From IMG/VR virus record IMGVR_UViG_3300036820_000001: DNA of 64,000 bases, one strand, 5' to 3'. Source of the stretch: a virus. Position 1 is the stretch's first letter. Every line of letters starts with the position of its first letter. Below, piece by piece: positions 51,405-60,154 of the stretch. The translations under genes were made by a program, and so were the position numbers. The notes under the pieces were generated by a model. The model had not been told where the DNA came from, searched no databases, and worked only from the letters and a program-made list of their open reading frames with translations.

Positions 51405-52124
51405 CTAGAGCAGCGAGAAGATCGAGTCGGCCACGCTGGCGCGCACGTCGGAGTCGGTGACGGCCGGGCGCTCAAACTCCTGCGAGTAGTAGTCGGCCGC
51501 GGCCACCGCGCTCGGGATGATGTTGAGGGTGCTGACGGCGCTGCCGAACCTGCTGTTGTAGACCAGGATCTCGCTCAGCTGCTTGTTCAGGTCGGCGGTC
51601 GGGTTGCCGGTCACGTACCCGGCCGGGAGCGGGGTCCAGCCGATCAGGCCGCCTCCGCCGTCGCCCTCGGACTCCGGGTTCCCGGCTGACTCCCCGGCGA
51701 TGCAGGCCACGATCCCGGCTGCGGCGGCGCGAGAGTACCCGTGCGCGACCAGGAACTTGGCGATCGTCAGGTAGTTGTCGCTGCTGGCGACCACGGCGGC
51801 TGAGCTGGCGGTCGCGGGGACGATCACCACGGCGGCCTTGGCTGGTGCTTTGCAGCTGAGGCTGAGGCGCTGGCCGGTGAGGATCAGGTTGGGGTCGGAG
51901 CCGATCACCTTGCGGTTGGCGGCGTAGATGCCCTGCCAGTCGGATGCCTTGCCGCAGTGCGACTGGGCGATCTGGGACAGGGTGTCGCCGCTGTGCACGG
52001 TGTAGGTGGAGGCCAGCGCTGGCACCGACCCGGCGATGACGGCTCCGGTGGCGATCACTCCGGTGGCGGCGGTCTTGGAGACCTTGCTGGGCGGCTTCGG
52101 CTTCGCGTGTCGTCCGCGGTACAT
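51405..52124 (-). CDS. secreted LysM-domain peptidoglycan hydrolase (phage-tail-lysozyme-like C-domain)
   Basis: AAGGAG RBS. Signal peptide. LysM segment YTVHSGDTLSQIAQ..ILTGQRLSL. C-domain IACIAGESAGNPESEG..GGGLIGW. Start trimmed to the MYRGRH methionine. Confidence 0.8.
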   Translation of the reverse strand: MYRGRHAKPKPPSKVSKTAATGVIATGAVIAGSVPALASTYTVHSGDTLSQIAQSHCGKASDWQGIYAANRKVIGSDPNLILTGQRLSLSCKAPAKAAVVIVPATASSAAVVASSDNYLTIAKFLVAHGYSRAAAAGIVACIAGESAGNPESEGDGGGGLIGWTPLPAGYVTGNPTADLNKQLSEILVYNSRFGSAVSTLNIIPSAVAAADYYSQEFERPAVTDSDVRASVADSIFSLL

Positions 52125-52231
52125 CGGTACTCCTTGTGGGAGGGCCGTTTCGGGGGCATGGAGACGGCAGGGGAGAATTATGTTTGACATGAGTTATATC
52201 GGCTAGCGGGAGAACTGACTTGCGCTTCACG

Positions 52232-52516
52232 ATGCCGGTCACGCCGGACTGGAATGAGCTGTGCCTGACGGTGGCGTCGTCGCGCGGTGGCGACCCCTAC
52301 CCGGTAGTGCTAGGTACTGAGGGGTGGGCGTGTCCGTGCCGCGGGTTCCAGTACCACCGCCGATGCCGTCACACGGTGACGTGCGCAGGCTGGTGGACCG
52401 CGGTCATCCCTCCATGTCGACTGCCTGAATTATTTGACGACTGTCAGGCGTTGGTGGTAACGTTCTGTCCTGTAACTAGTTCAGAAGGTGGGGGGCATGA
52501 CACGGGAAATCTTTAA
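52232..52516 (+). CDS. SWIM zinc-finger protein
   Basis: CPCRGFQYHRRCRH is the SWIM signature CxCx(n)CxH. The 3' end runs through family A copy 6. Confidence 0.55.
   Translation: MPVTPDWNELCLTVASSRGGDPYPVVLGTEGWACPCRGFQYHRRCRHTVTCAGWWTAVIPPCRLPELFDDCQALVVTFCPVTSSEGGGHDTGNL
52424..52466 (+). promoter_or_regulatory. family A-related promoter/operator element, copy 6 (diverged)
   Basis: CCTGAATTATTTGACGACTGTCAGGCGTTGGTGGTAACGT. TTGACG, 18-nt spacer, TAACGT. The core TGACGACTGTCA is the exact reverse complement of the copy 4 core. Confidence 0.5.
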
Positions 52517-52805
52517 GGTCAGCGAGGTCGCGCCTGACCCTGGCCGGGTGTTCTACACCATCACGGCGGAGGACGTCAACAAGACGCACATCAGCACGTC
52601 GGTGGGCAAGATCCCGGTGGGCGAGGTCATGGGGCGGGTGCTCAAGGTGGACGTGGGCAAGCGGCTGTACCGGGTGCCCAACAACGCGCGGGACTCGTGG
52701 TTCTGGCAGGTCGAGAACGACCGGCAGCTGAGGGAGCGGCTGGCGCGGGGGCGGATGGCTGACGGGCCGCGCTCTGGCCCTGACGGCGCGGGCGGCCATC
52801 CGTGA
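52497..52805 (+). CDS. hypothetical protein
   Basis: GGTGGGGGG RBS and ATG, inside track ORF 52488. Confidence 0.55.
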   Translation: MTREIFKVSEVAPDPGRVFYTITAEDVNKTHISTSVGKIPVGEVMGRVLKVDVGKRLYRVPNNARDSWFWQVENDRQLRERLARGRMADGPRSGPDGAGGHP

Positions 52806-53413
52806 CCAACATGACGGTCCGGCCCAACGGACCATGCGCGCAGTGCCCGTACCGGCGCGACTGCCCCAGCGGCGTCTGGGACAAGTCCGAGTACGACAAG
52901 CTGCGCAAGTACGACGGGACCATCGCGCAGCAGGCGATGGCGGGCGCGCACCAGGTGTTCATGTGCCACCAGTCGGACGGGAGGATATGCGCGGGCTGGG
53001 CTGGGTGCCACGACATGCGCGAGACTCTGGCCATGCGGCTGCACTGGCTGAGCGTGGAGGGGTCGGTGTTCACCTACGAGTCGCCGGTCCCGCTGTTCGC
53101 GTCGGGGGCCGAGGCCGCGGATCACGGGCAGCGTGAGATCGACGCGCCTGGTATTGAGGCTGAGGCGGCCATCGAGAAGATCGTCAAGGTGCGCGAGGCG
53201 CGGGGGAACCCGGTCAAGTTCAAGGAGGACGTGGTGTACGAGGGCCTGCTGCGCAGCTACGAGAACGGACCTCGGATCTGGGACGCGGTGGCGGTCCTGC
53301 CGGGTGTATACGAACTGGAGGACCGGGGACTCATCGAGCCGGTCGGGTGCAGCGGGGCGTACCAGCTGACCGGGGCTGGGCGCAAGGCGCTGCGGAATAG
53401 TTCACAATTGTAA
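52802..53413 (+). CDS. hypothetical protein with Cys-rich N-domain (CAQCPYRRDC..CH..CAGW)
   Basis: 203-aa track ORF. Confidence 0.6.
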   Translation: MTNMTVRPNGPCAQCPYRRDCPSGVWDKSEYDKLRKYDGTIAQQAMAGAHQVFMCHQSDGRICAGWAGCHDMRETLAMRLHWLSVEGSVFTYESPVPLFASGAEAADHGQREIDAPGIEAEAAIEKIVKVREARGNPVKFKEDVVYEGLLRSYENGPRIWDAVAVLPGVYELEDRGLIEPVGCSGAYQLTGAGRKALRNSSQL

Positions 53414-53440
53414 AGCGTTCTAGTCGGTGGAGGGGGCAGG

Positions 53441-53710
53441 ATGACAGACATGATTTACCTGTGCGATTGGCTGCAGGAGAATGGGTTCCAGCTACGCACT
53501 GCGCTGAATGGCTGGGATATGTACGACTGCGGGCATGTCCGCGTCCTCATCGAGGACACCGACGTCACGGTGTGCGTGTTCGAGCCGGGGCGGGCGCGGA
53601 TACCCGACTGGGAGGCGCGGTTCAGAGGAGCGCCTGCGCAGCCGGTGATCATTCCAACCATCCAGCTGGCGCTGGACACGGTGCGGGCAGCGATGCTCCC
53701 GCAGGACTAG
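53441..53710 (+). CDS. hypothetical protein
   Basis: GGAGGGGG RBS. 89 aa. Confidence 0.55.
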   Translation: MTDMIYLCDWLQENGFQLRTALNGWDMYDCGHVRVLIEDTDVTVCVFEPGRARIPDWEARFRGAPAQPVIIPTIQLALDTVRAAMLPQD

Positions 53711-53723
53711 GAGGGGTAAGCAC

Positions 53724-54056
53724 ATGCAGGAGATGGACCTGGACCCGACCCTGGCGTTCACGGCTCTGATAGAGCTGGCCCCGGAGCTGAGCGGGGAGCG
53801 GTCGGCGCAGTGGAAGCGCGACTTGATGGCGGCGTGGTACGCCCAGGATCGGGTCACGAACTTCTGGAAGTTCGCCCGGCAGTGGGCGTTCGAGCGCAAG
53901 ATGCACGAGGCCACCGACCGGCTGACCACGGACCTCGCCGCGGCGGGGGACGTCGAGGAGAAGCGCAACCGGGCGTGGGGCAAGTACTCCGCGGAGCGGC
54001 TGGAGGCGGCGGAGTCGTGCTTCGGGCCGCAGCCGGTCAGGATGCAGCCCTCATGA
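53724..54056 (+). CDS. hypothetical protein
   Basis: GGAGGGG RBS. 110 aa. Confidence 0.55.
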   Translation: MQEMDLDPTLAFTALIELAPELSGERSAQWKRDLMAAWYAQDRVTNFWKFARQWAFERKMHEATDRLTTDLAAAGDVEEKRNRAWGKYSAERLEAAESCFGPQPVRMQPS

Positions 54057-54169
54057 TCGTCATATGGCTCATCGTCTGGTGGATCCAGAAATTCCCGCAC
54101 GTGGAGTGGTTCGGCCCGGTGTGGAATACCTGGGGCATCACTCTCCTGATCTCGATCTGCCTGCTATGA
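54053..54169 (+). CDS. small membrane protein (38 aa)
   Basis: ATGA-coupled. MIVIWLIVWW..ITLLISICLL. Confidence 0.35.
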   Translation: MIVIWLIVWWIQKFPHVEWFGPVWNTWGITLLISICLL

Positions 54170-54444
54170 GCCAGGGCAGGTGCGCGGGATGCGGCGCGAC
54201 GGGCAGCGTGGCGCTGATGCGCGAGCACACGCGGTACTGCCCGGAGTACGCGGATCTGTTCAAGGCCGAGCCAATGCGCGCGCTGGAGCCTGGGGTAGAG
54301 TACGCCCGGTGGGCGGACGAGCAGCGGGCGGACGACCGGGCGGAGCACCGCGAGGGGGCCATCGCTGAGGCCGACCGGCGGCGGGCGGTGCAGGCCGAAC
54401 GGTGGAAGACGCCGGATGATTTGCTGGGGGGACCTGATGCCTGA
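54166..54444 (+). CDS. hypothetical protein
   Basis: ATGA-coupled start inside track ORF 54064. Confidence 0.5.
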   Translation: MSQGRCAGCGATGSVALMREHTRYCPEYADLFKAEPMRALEPGVEYARWADEQRADDRAEHREGAIAEADRRRAVQAERWKTPDDLLGGPDA

Positions 54445-54613
54445 TGAGAGCCGGGTGGTGAGCCGCTACCATCCGCCGGACACGTCGGACAAGCGCGACG
54501 ACGAGTCCTACTTGGAGTACTGGGACCGCAGGCGCGCTGAGATGCATGGCCCGGACTGCGACTGCGTGGTCTGCCGGCTGGCAGCCTGGGGTATTGGGGA
54601 TGAGGGGCTATGA
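54437..54613 (+). CDS. hypothetical protein
   Basis: ATG inside track ORF 54416. Confidence 0.45.
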   Translation: MPDESRVVSRYHPPDTSDKRDDESYLEYWDRRRAEMHGPDCDCVVCRLAAWGIGDEGL

Positions 54614-55017
54614 CAGACGAGACTCCGCGCAGCGCGGCTCTGCACGCGGCGCGGGAGCGCCGGATGGCTGAGTGGTTCAAGGACCGGCGCTGGCGGGTGT
54701 GCACGGAGCTGGGCTTCGAGCATGACGACATGGTGGTGCGCAACGGCGAGCTGTGGGTCAAGAACGGCAAGGTCTTCAAGACGCCGTTCGGGAACAAGGG
54801 CACTCACGGCTACATCCTGCAGGAGGTCAACCCTGACACGGGGCTGGACGTGTGGGACGACAAAAAGCACGAGCCCAGCAGGGCGCCGTTCGGCTGGGTT
54901 ACCATCAAGCACGCGGACGAGATGTTCCCCGGCTCCATAGTCGAGGTGCCACCCCGGCCGTACGGAAAGCGCGGCGGAGTGTCCGCGGCGCGGGACACAG
55001 AAGGTGGGGACAAATGA
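54610..55017 (+). CDS. hypothetical protein
   Basis: ATGA-coupled track ORF. Confidence 0.55.
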   Translation: MTDETPRSAALHAARERRMAEWFKDRRWRVCTELGFEHDDMVVRNGELWVKNGKVFKTPFGNKGTHGYILQEVNPDTGLDVWDDKKHEPSRAPFGWVTIKHADEMFPGSIVEVPPRPYGKRGGVSAARDTEGGDK

Positions 55018-55187
55018 CCAACGGAGAGCTGATCGCGGAACTGTCCAAGCTGGACGCGGACCTGCCGGTCACGGCGGGAGAGGACGGCGTGGACGTCACC
55101 GGCGCGGTCAAGTCGGACTACTCCGACGACGCGGGCAGTCATGACTGCGTGTACCTGTACCTAGCGGATGGAGATGAAGAACTGTGA
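55014..55187 (+). CDS. small acidic protein
   Basis: ATGA-coupled. 57 aa. Confidence 0.45.
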   Translation: MTNGELIAELSKLDADLPVTAGEDGVDVTGAVKSDYSDDAGSHDCVYLYLADGDEEL

Positions 55188-55594
55188 GCAGCAACGCCGA
55201 GAACCCGGCAGTGGTCGAACTGCACGGGAAGGGGGTCTCTGAGGGCGAGATCGTCAAGACGCTGGGCCTGACCCGGCACGTCGTGCGGACGGCGATCGTC
55301 TACGAGCAAGGCCGCCTGGCTGGCCGGGAGGAGATGATCAAGGCTGCGGCTGAGGCCGTGCCCGCGGAGGTCGTGGCCGCGGCCGAGACGGGGGCGCGCG
55401 ACGTGGCGCAGGCGGCCACCGGCAAGTCCCCCTGGGAGACGCACATCGAGGCGCTCATCAGGGAGATCCAGCAGCACATCGAGGCGGGCGAGCACGTGCC
55501 CGAGGCGGAGCTGCGGAAAAAGTTCAGCGTCAGCAGCACGGCGCTCTACAAGTACCGGGCGGTCGCTGCTGACCGCGCGCACCGGGGGGCCTGA
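55184..55594 (+). CDS. helix-turn-helix DNA-binding protein
   Basis: GVSEGEIVKTLGLTRHVVRTAI (resolvase-type HTH), plus a second HTH-like segment KFSVSSTALYKYR. Confidence 0.55.
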   Translation: MSSNAENPAVVELHGKGVSEGEIVKTLGLTRHVVRTAIVYEQGRLAGREEMIKAAAEAVPAEVVAAAETGARDVAQAATGKSPWETHIEALIREIQQHIEAGEHVPEAELRKKFSVSSTALYKYRAVAADRAHRGA

Positions 55595-56091
55595 TGGAAA
55601 ACCTGGGCCTGGACTTCACGGTCGGCAGCGTGCGGTGGTCTGCCTGGGTGGACGCGGACGGCCGGTTCGTCGCCAGCACCTCGGCTGACATCGGGGACGT
55701 GCGCGCGGACACCTACGCGCAGCTGAAGGAAACCGCCAAGGTCCGGGTCAGCCAGGCCAAGACCAAGGTCGATGTGCCCTACGCGTACCTGAGCCGCAGC
55801 AGCGGCAGGATCAAGCACGGCTCGGCTACCGGCATCCACGGGTCCAACAAGAACATCCTGGCTGTCGAGGGCGGGGTGAAAAAGCAGCTGGACCGGTACG
55901 CGGGCAAGGAGTACTTCAAGCCGCCGTCGCCGGAGGACGCCGCGGACCTGGAGCAGGCTGTCAAGACCAGGGACGCGGCCCAGGCCGAGATGGCCCGGAT
56001 CATGCAGAAGTACCAGTTCTCGCAGGGCATGCGGACGGCGGTCGAGAATGCCGTCACCGAGGCCATGCAGCCGAAGGCTCCGGAGGAGTGA
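55594..56091 (+). CDS. hypothetical protein
   Basis: TGATG-coupled track ORF. Confidence 0.55.
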   Translation: MENLGLDFTVGSVRWSAWVDADGRFVASTSADIGDVRADTYAQLKETAKVRVSQAKTKVDVPYAYLSRSSGRIKHGSATGIHGSNKNILAVEGGVKKQLDRYAGKEYFKPPSPEDAADLEQAVKTRDAAQAEMARIMQKYQFSQGMRTAVENAVTEAMQPKAPEE

Positions 56092-56264
56092 GCCGGGAGC
56101 TTCAGTGGCAGGTGCACGCCACATCCCCCACCGGCGCGGTCATGGTATTCGGGGTGCCCGCGCCGGATGGCGACCAGGCCATGGCGCTGGCCATGGAGCG
56201 GCTGCCGTTTGATCCGAGCGCTATCAGCGTCACGCAGATACCCGACCGCCCGCGCTTCCGATAG
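56088..56264 (+). CDS. hypothetical protein (58 aa)
   Basis: GTGA overlap start. The stop TAG lies inside the CCGATAG motif. Confidence 0.4.
   Translation: MSRELQWQVHATSPTGAVMVFGVPAPDGDQAMALAMERLPFDPSAISVTQIPDRPRFR
56258..56264 (+). promoter_or_regulatory. CCGATAG motif (family B), 33 nt upstream of ATG 56298
   Basis: CTTCCGATAGGG is a 12-mer identical to 17161-17172. Confidence 0.35.
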
Positions 56265-56297
56265 GGCACGGCACAACGCAGCTACGCGACAGGTGGG

Positions 56298-57215
56298 ATG
56301 ACGTCAATGATCGATGACGGTGTTCTGGCTCCAGCCAGCACGGACGAGATGTTCAGGCAGTATTACGGCTACGTCAGGCGGATCGTGGCCAACACTCCGG
56401 CGATCCCGGCGCAGGACGCCGAGGACGTGGCCATGGAGATCATGACCCGGCTGGTGGAGCGCGACGTGCTCGGGATGTTCGACCCCCAGATGAAGTTCGC
56501 GCACGAGGGCCAGCAGATGCAGGCCAAGTTCCGGACCTTCCTCACGGCGCAGGTGGCGCTGTACGTCAAGGGGCAGCGGGACCGGCTGGGCAGGCAGCGC
56601 AAGCATGAGGCGGTCGTGCTGGACGCGCCGGTGCCGGGGGCGGAGGGCACCCACCTGCTGGACCTGTTCGGCGGGGCTGAGGACGACATGGCCGACCTGG
56701 ACGCGGCTGAGTGGATCAGGCAGGCGCGTGGGTTCCTGGCCACTGTCCCGCCGCGGTCGGCGCAGGACCGGTGCGACCTGGTGCGGCTGTTTGACGCGCT
56801 GATTGACCAGATGTCCCGCACGGGGCGGGTGAGCACGTCGGAGACGGCGCAGTCGCTCGGCGTCACCTCGGCTGTGACCAGCCGGTGGCTGCAGTGGATG
56901 CGGCAGAACCTCCGGCAGCAGGCGGTGTTGTCGGCGCGGGTCACGATCGACGGCGAGACGTACACTATGGCGCACTGCCGCCAGGCGGCGGCGCTGCTGC
57001 GGGCGCGCAAGGGGGCTCCGCACGTCAGGCAGCCGCTGGCGGCGGCGGGTAACCCGCTGGCGCTGATGAACTACCACAAGATCGCCCGGTACGAGCGGGC
57101 CACCTATCCGGAGTGCGAGGTGCCCCCCATGCACAAGGGGAAGGGCCACTACGCGCCGCACGTGCTGAACGCTGTGGTGCACCACCTGGAGCGCGTGGCA
57201 CCGGCTCCCGCGTGA
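56298..57215 (+). CDS. second sigma-70-family (ECF-like) protein with C-terminal extension
   Basis: Region 2-like: FRQYYGYVRRIV..DAEDVAMEIMTRLVE..FRTFLTAQVALYVKGQRDR. Region 4-like HTH: VSTSETAQSLGVTSAVTSRWLQWMRQNL. An ATG at 56307 is an alternative start. Confidence 0.55.
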   Translation: MTSMIDDGVLAPASTDEMFRQYYGYVRRIVANTPAIPAQDAEDVAMEIMTRLVERDVLGMFDPQMKFAHEGQQMQAKFRTFLTAQVALYVKGQRDRLGRQRKHEAVVLDAPVPGAEGTHLLDLFGGAEDDMADLDAAEWIRQARGFLATVPPRSAQDRCDLVRLFDALIDQMSRTGRVSTSETAQSLGVTSAVTSRWLQWMRQNLRQQAVLSARVTIDGETYTMAHCRQAAALLRARKGAPHVRQPLAAAGNPLALMNYHKIARYERATYPECEVPPMHKGKGHYAPHVLNAVVHHLERVAPAPA

Positions 57216-58063
57216 CGTTCGTGGGCGGTGAGGTGACCTGCCCCAAGATCGGCCATGACCGGTGCCGGGAGGCGCTGCAGCTGGAGCTACCGGCGCAGCC
57301 CGTGCTGATGCTTGGGCCCGAGTCGATTGGCAAGTGGCTGATGGCCACCTGGCTGGCCAGCTACCACGCGCCGTGGTTCAACCAGTGGGTGCGGGCCGAG
57401 CCGCGGATCTCGCATATACGCGAGCTGCGCAAGTTTCTGACCACGCACCCGACGCCCAGCTCTCTGGGGTCCGGGTGCAAGGTCATCGTGGTCAACCTGG
57501 ACGGGGCGAGGACGCCGGCGGTGCAGAACGCGCTGCTCAAGGAGCTGGAGGAGCCGCCGGACTTCGCCCGGTTCCTGCTGGTCAGCTCGACGTCGCCGCT
57601 GCCCACGATATCGAGCCGGTGCATCATCTGGAGGCTGGGCGAGCTGACTGACGCCGAGGTGTCGCGGGTGCTGGTCATGCGCGGCATGTCCGAGAAGGAC
57701 GCCGCGGTCATTGCTCCGGCTGGCCGCGGGCGGGTGAAACCGGCGCTGGACGTGGCTGAGCGGTTCCGACCGGCGCGGGCGGCGGTGCTCGGCGTGGTGC
57801 GGGCCATCAACGGGAGGGACCGGGACCTGCTGGAGCGGGTGGTCAAGGGCTGGGGGGACACGGAGGACTGGATGCTGCGCGAGCTGTTCGGCGCTGCGGC
57901 GTCGGGGCGGCCCACTCCCCTGTTCAGTAGCACTGAGAGGCAGCTGATCGGCCGCACCGTGGCGCGCAAGGGCATAGCCTTGCTGGCGGCTAGCGGGCAG
58001 GCGAGGCCGGCGGCTTCGGTTCGCGCCCTGGCGGGCGTGCTGATGACGGAGGGCAGGACATGA
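57212..58063 (+). CDS. DNA polymerase III delta'-like clamp-loader subunit
   Basis: NALLKELEEPP, LPTISSRC (SRC motif) and a degenerate P-loop LGPESIGKW. GTGA overlap start inside track ORF 57113. Confidence 0.7.
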   Translation: MTFVGGEVTCPKIGHDRCREALQLELPAQPVLMLGPESIGKWLMATWLASYHAPWFNQWVRAEPRISHIRELRKFLTTHPTPSSLGSGCKVIVVNLDGARTPAVQNALLKELEEPPDFARFLLVSSTSPLPTISSRCIIWRLGELTDAEVSRVLVMRGMSEKDAAVIAPAGRGRVKPALDVAERFRPARAAVLGVVRAINGRDRDLLERVVKGWGDTEDWMLRELFGAAASGRPTPLFSSTERQLIGRTVARKGIALLAASGQARPAASVRALAGVLMTEGRT

Positions 58064-58470
58064 CGGATCAGCCAGAGCAGCAGGAGCCGGATTACGCGGC
58101 GGACATCGCGGAGCTGGAGGCCAAGCACGCCCAGCTTGCGTGGCAGAACGTGCAGGAGGTCGAGGCCATCGCCCAGTTCGGCGTGATGGTGGACCCGTCC
58201 AGCATCAACCGGCTGCGCATCGACACGTTCATCGCGTACGTGTTCCGGCGGATGGGCAACGTGAACGAGGACATCCGCAAGATCCTCACCTGGCAGTTCG
58301 AGATCGACTTCGAGGAGAAGTTCGGGGAGCAGCTCAAGGAGGTCAAGGGCGAGGCGCGCAAGGCGGTGCTGGGGATGGGCGGGCAGGTGTCCCCGGAGCA
58401 GATGCAGAAGATGTGGGGCAACGGAAACGGACACGGCGAGCCCGGCCCGGGCGGCCTGTTCCGGGGGTGA
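58060..58470 (+). CDS. hypothetical protein
   Basis: ATGA-coupled track ORF. Confidence 0.55.
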   Translation: MTDQPEQQEPDYAADIAELEAKHAQLAWQNVQEVEAIAQFGVMVDPSSINRLRIDTFIAYVFRRMGNVNEDIRKILTWQFEIDFEEKFGEQLKEVKGEARKAVLGMGGQVSPEQMQKMWGNGNGHGEPGPGGLFRG

Positions 58471-58473
58471 GCT

Positions 58474-59424
58474 ATGGGCAGTTACAAGCAGTGGGCTGCG
58501 TCGTTCGCCAAGAACGGCCCGGCGCGCGTGACGTGGGTGTGCGGGCGGGAGCGGGTGCTGGTCAGCGAGGTCGTTGACTCGGTGGTCCGCGGCGTGTCCC
58601 CGGACTACGTGGAGGTGTACGCGGCCGGGCGGGACCGGGAGCCGGATATCTGGGAGGCGGCGCTGTCCAGCTTGTCGGTGCAGACGCGCGTGGTCATCGT
58701 GCGCAACGTCGCCGCGCTCAAGGCGTGGGGGCACCTGCACGCCTGGCTGCGGGAGCGGCCGAGGCACATCTACCTGGTGTTCGATGACGACCGCGAGGAC
58801 TTCCCGCGCGATGACGGGCAGCTCGGCGTGCCGCTGACCTGGCTGCGGGACACGACTCTGGGCCAGCTGGTGCGGTGCTCAGCGCTGGACCCGGTGGACG
58901 CGGTGGCGTGGGCGCAGCGGCAGCTGCCTGGCCTGGAGGACTGGCAGGCGCGGCGGCTGCTGGAGCGGGCGTCGGGCAGCCTGTCTGAGGTGCGCACGGT
59001 GCTGGCCAAGGCGCGCATGCTCGGCGGGATCAACGACGCGGCCATCGACATGCTGTGCAGCGAGCTGCCGGGCGACTTCGCTGACCGACTGATTCTGGGG
59101 GACCGGCGCGGGGCGATGCTGGCGGCGGACTCCATGGGGCAGGACGGGCTCGGGTTCTCCCTGGGCCTGCTGGCGTCGCGGCTGGAGACCCTGGGCACAC
59201 TGCACCGGGCGGCGCGGGACAACGTGAGCCGGCGTGACGTGACGGCCAAGCTAGGCGTCCCGGCCTTCCTGGCGCAGAAGTACGCGGGCGTCGCCAAGGA
59301 CTACGGGGAGGAGCGCGTGGCGCGGTGCTGGGTCACGCTGGTGGCGGTCGAGGACGCGTACCGGTCGGGTAAAGCGACGGGCGCTGCTGAGGTCCTGGTC
59401 GTGTCGTGGTTAGGTAGTACCTGA
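58474..59424 (+). CDS. possible DNA polymerase III delta (HolA)-like protein
   Basis: Size, position next to the delta'-like gene and overall helical-domain pattern only. No sharp motif. Confidence 0.45.
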   Translation: MGSYKQWAASFAKNGPARVTWVCGRERVLVSEVVDSVVRGVSPDYVEVYAAGRDREPDIWEAALSSLSVQTRVVIVRNVAALKAWGHLHAWLRERPRHIYLVFDDDREDFPRDDGQLGVPLTWLRDTTLGQLVRCSALDPVDAVAWAQRQLPGLEDWQARRLLERASGSLSEVRTVLAKARMLGGINDAAIDMLCSELPGDFADRLILGDRRGAMLAADSMGQDGLGFSLGLLASRLETLGTLHRAARDNVSRRDVTAKLGVPAFLAQKYAGVAKDYGEERVARCWVTLVAVEDAYRSGKATGAAEVLVVSWLGST

Positions 59425-59425
59425 T

Positions 59426-59767
59426 ATGACAGTAACTAGCGACGATTCCAGGTTCTGGCGTGTCTACCGGACTGAGTGGTCGGTGGTGTACGTCAGCGAT
59501 AGTGATGGCGAGGCCGGGAAGCAGGAGTGCCTCAAGAGGTTCGAGGAGTCTTTCCGCGACTCGGGCCATTTCATGGACTGGAGGGTGGTGGCGTGGAGCG
59601 AGTCCGACCCGGACGGCTGGGCGTACATGCTGGAGCTGCAGCAGCCTGTGCTCAAAGGCGAGTACCGCGACCGCCCCACTGCGCTGATCCATGCGCGAGA
59701 GATCGGGGGCAAGGCGATCATGGAGGGGAGCCGGGAAGACACGAAGATCAGGCGGAAGACCGGGTGA
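59426..59767 (+). CDS. hypothetical protein
   Basis: Track ORF. Confidence 0.55.
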   Translation: MTVTSDDSRFWRVYRTEWSVVYVSDSDGEAGKQECLKRFEESFRDSGHFMDWRVVAWSESDPDGWAYMLELQQPVLKGEYRDRPTALIHAREIGGKAIMEGSREDTKIRRKTG

Positions 59768-60117
59768 GTTTGCGCCGGTGGGTGCAGCGCGCACGTCGCG
59801 CTGAGCGGAGGGTGTCTGAGCTGGAGCGGGAGTGCGGTATGACAGCGGAGCTGTCCGCTCGGGCGATGAGCATGCTGTCTGATGAGCAGCTGCTCTTGCT
59901 GCGGGTCGAGATGATGACGGCCCCGGACAGCCAGCCTGCGACGGTAGGAGAGCTGCGCATCCTGCGAGAGGAGATTGACGAGTCCAATGAGCGAGAATTA
60001 CGGGTGGTCACGCAAGTGCCCGGTGTGCTCGGCTCCGCCTGCGCTGCGTGGCGACGGCTACCGGTGCAGGTGCTCGCTGGCGGCGCGAATGAACGCGGTG
60101 CGCAGGTCCCGGCCTGA
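59764..60117 (+). CDS. hypothetical protein (3' part doubtful)
   Basis: GTGA overlap start inside track ORF 59527. The tail overlaps the next small ORF. Confidence 0.4.
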   Translation: MSLRRWVQRARRAERRVSELERECGMTAELSARAMSMLSDEQLLLLRVEMMTAPDSQPATVGELRILREEIDESNERELRVVTQVPGVLGSACAAWRRLPVQVLAGGANERGAQVPA

Positions 60118-60154
60118 GGGAGCGCGGCGCAAGCGGCGACGGCTGGCCGCGTGA
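59987..60154 (+). CDS. small zinc-ribbon, basic protein
   Basis: ATG. 55 aa with CPVC..CRC. Ends in a GTGA overlap with the polymerase start. Confidence 0.4.
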   Translation: MSENYGWSRKCPVCSAPPALRGDGYRCRCSLAARMNAVRRSRPEGARRKRRRLAA

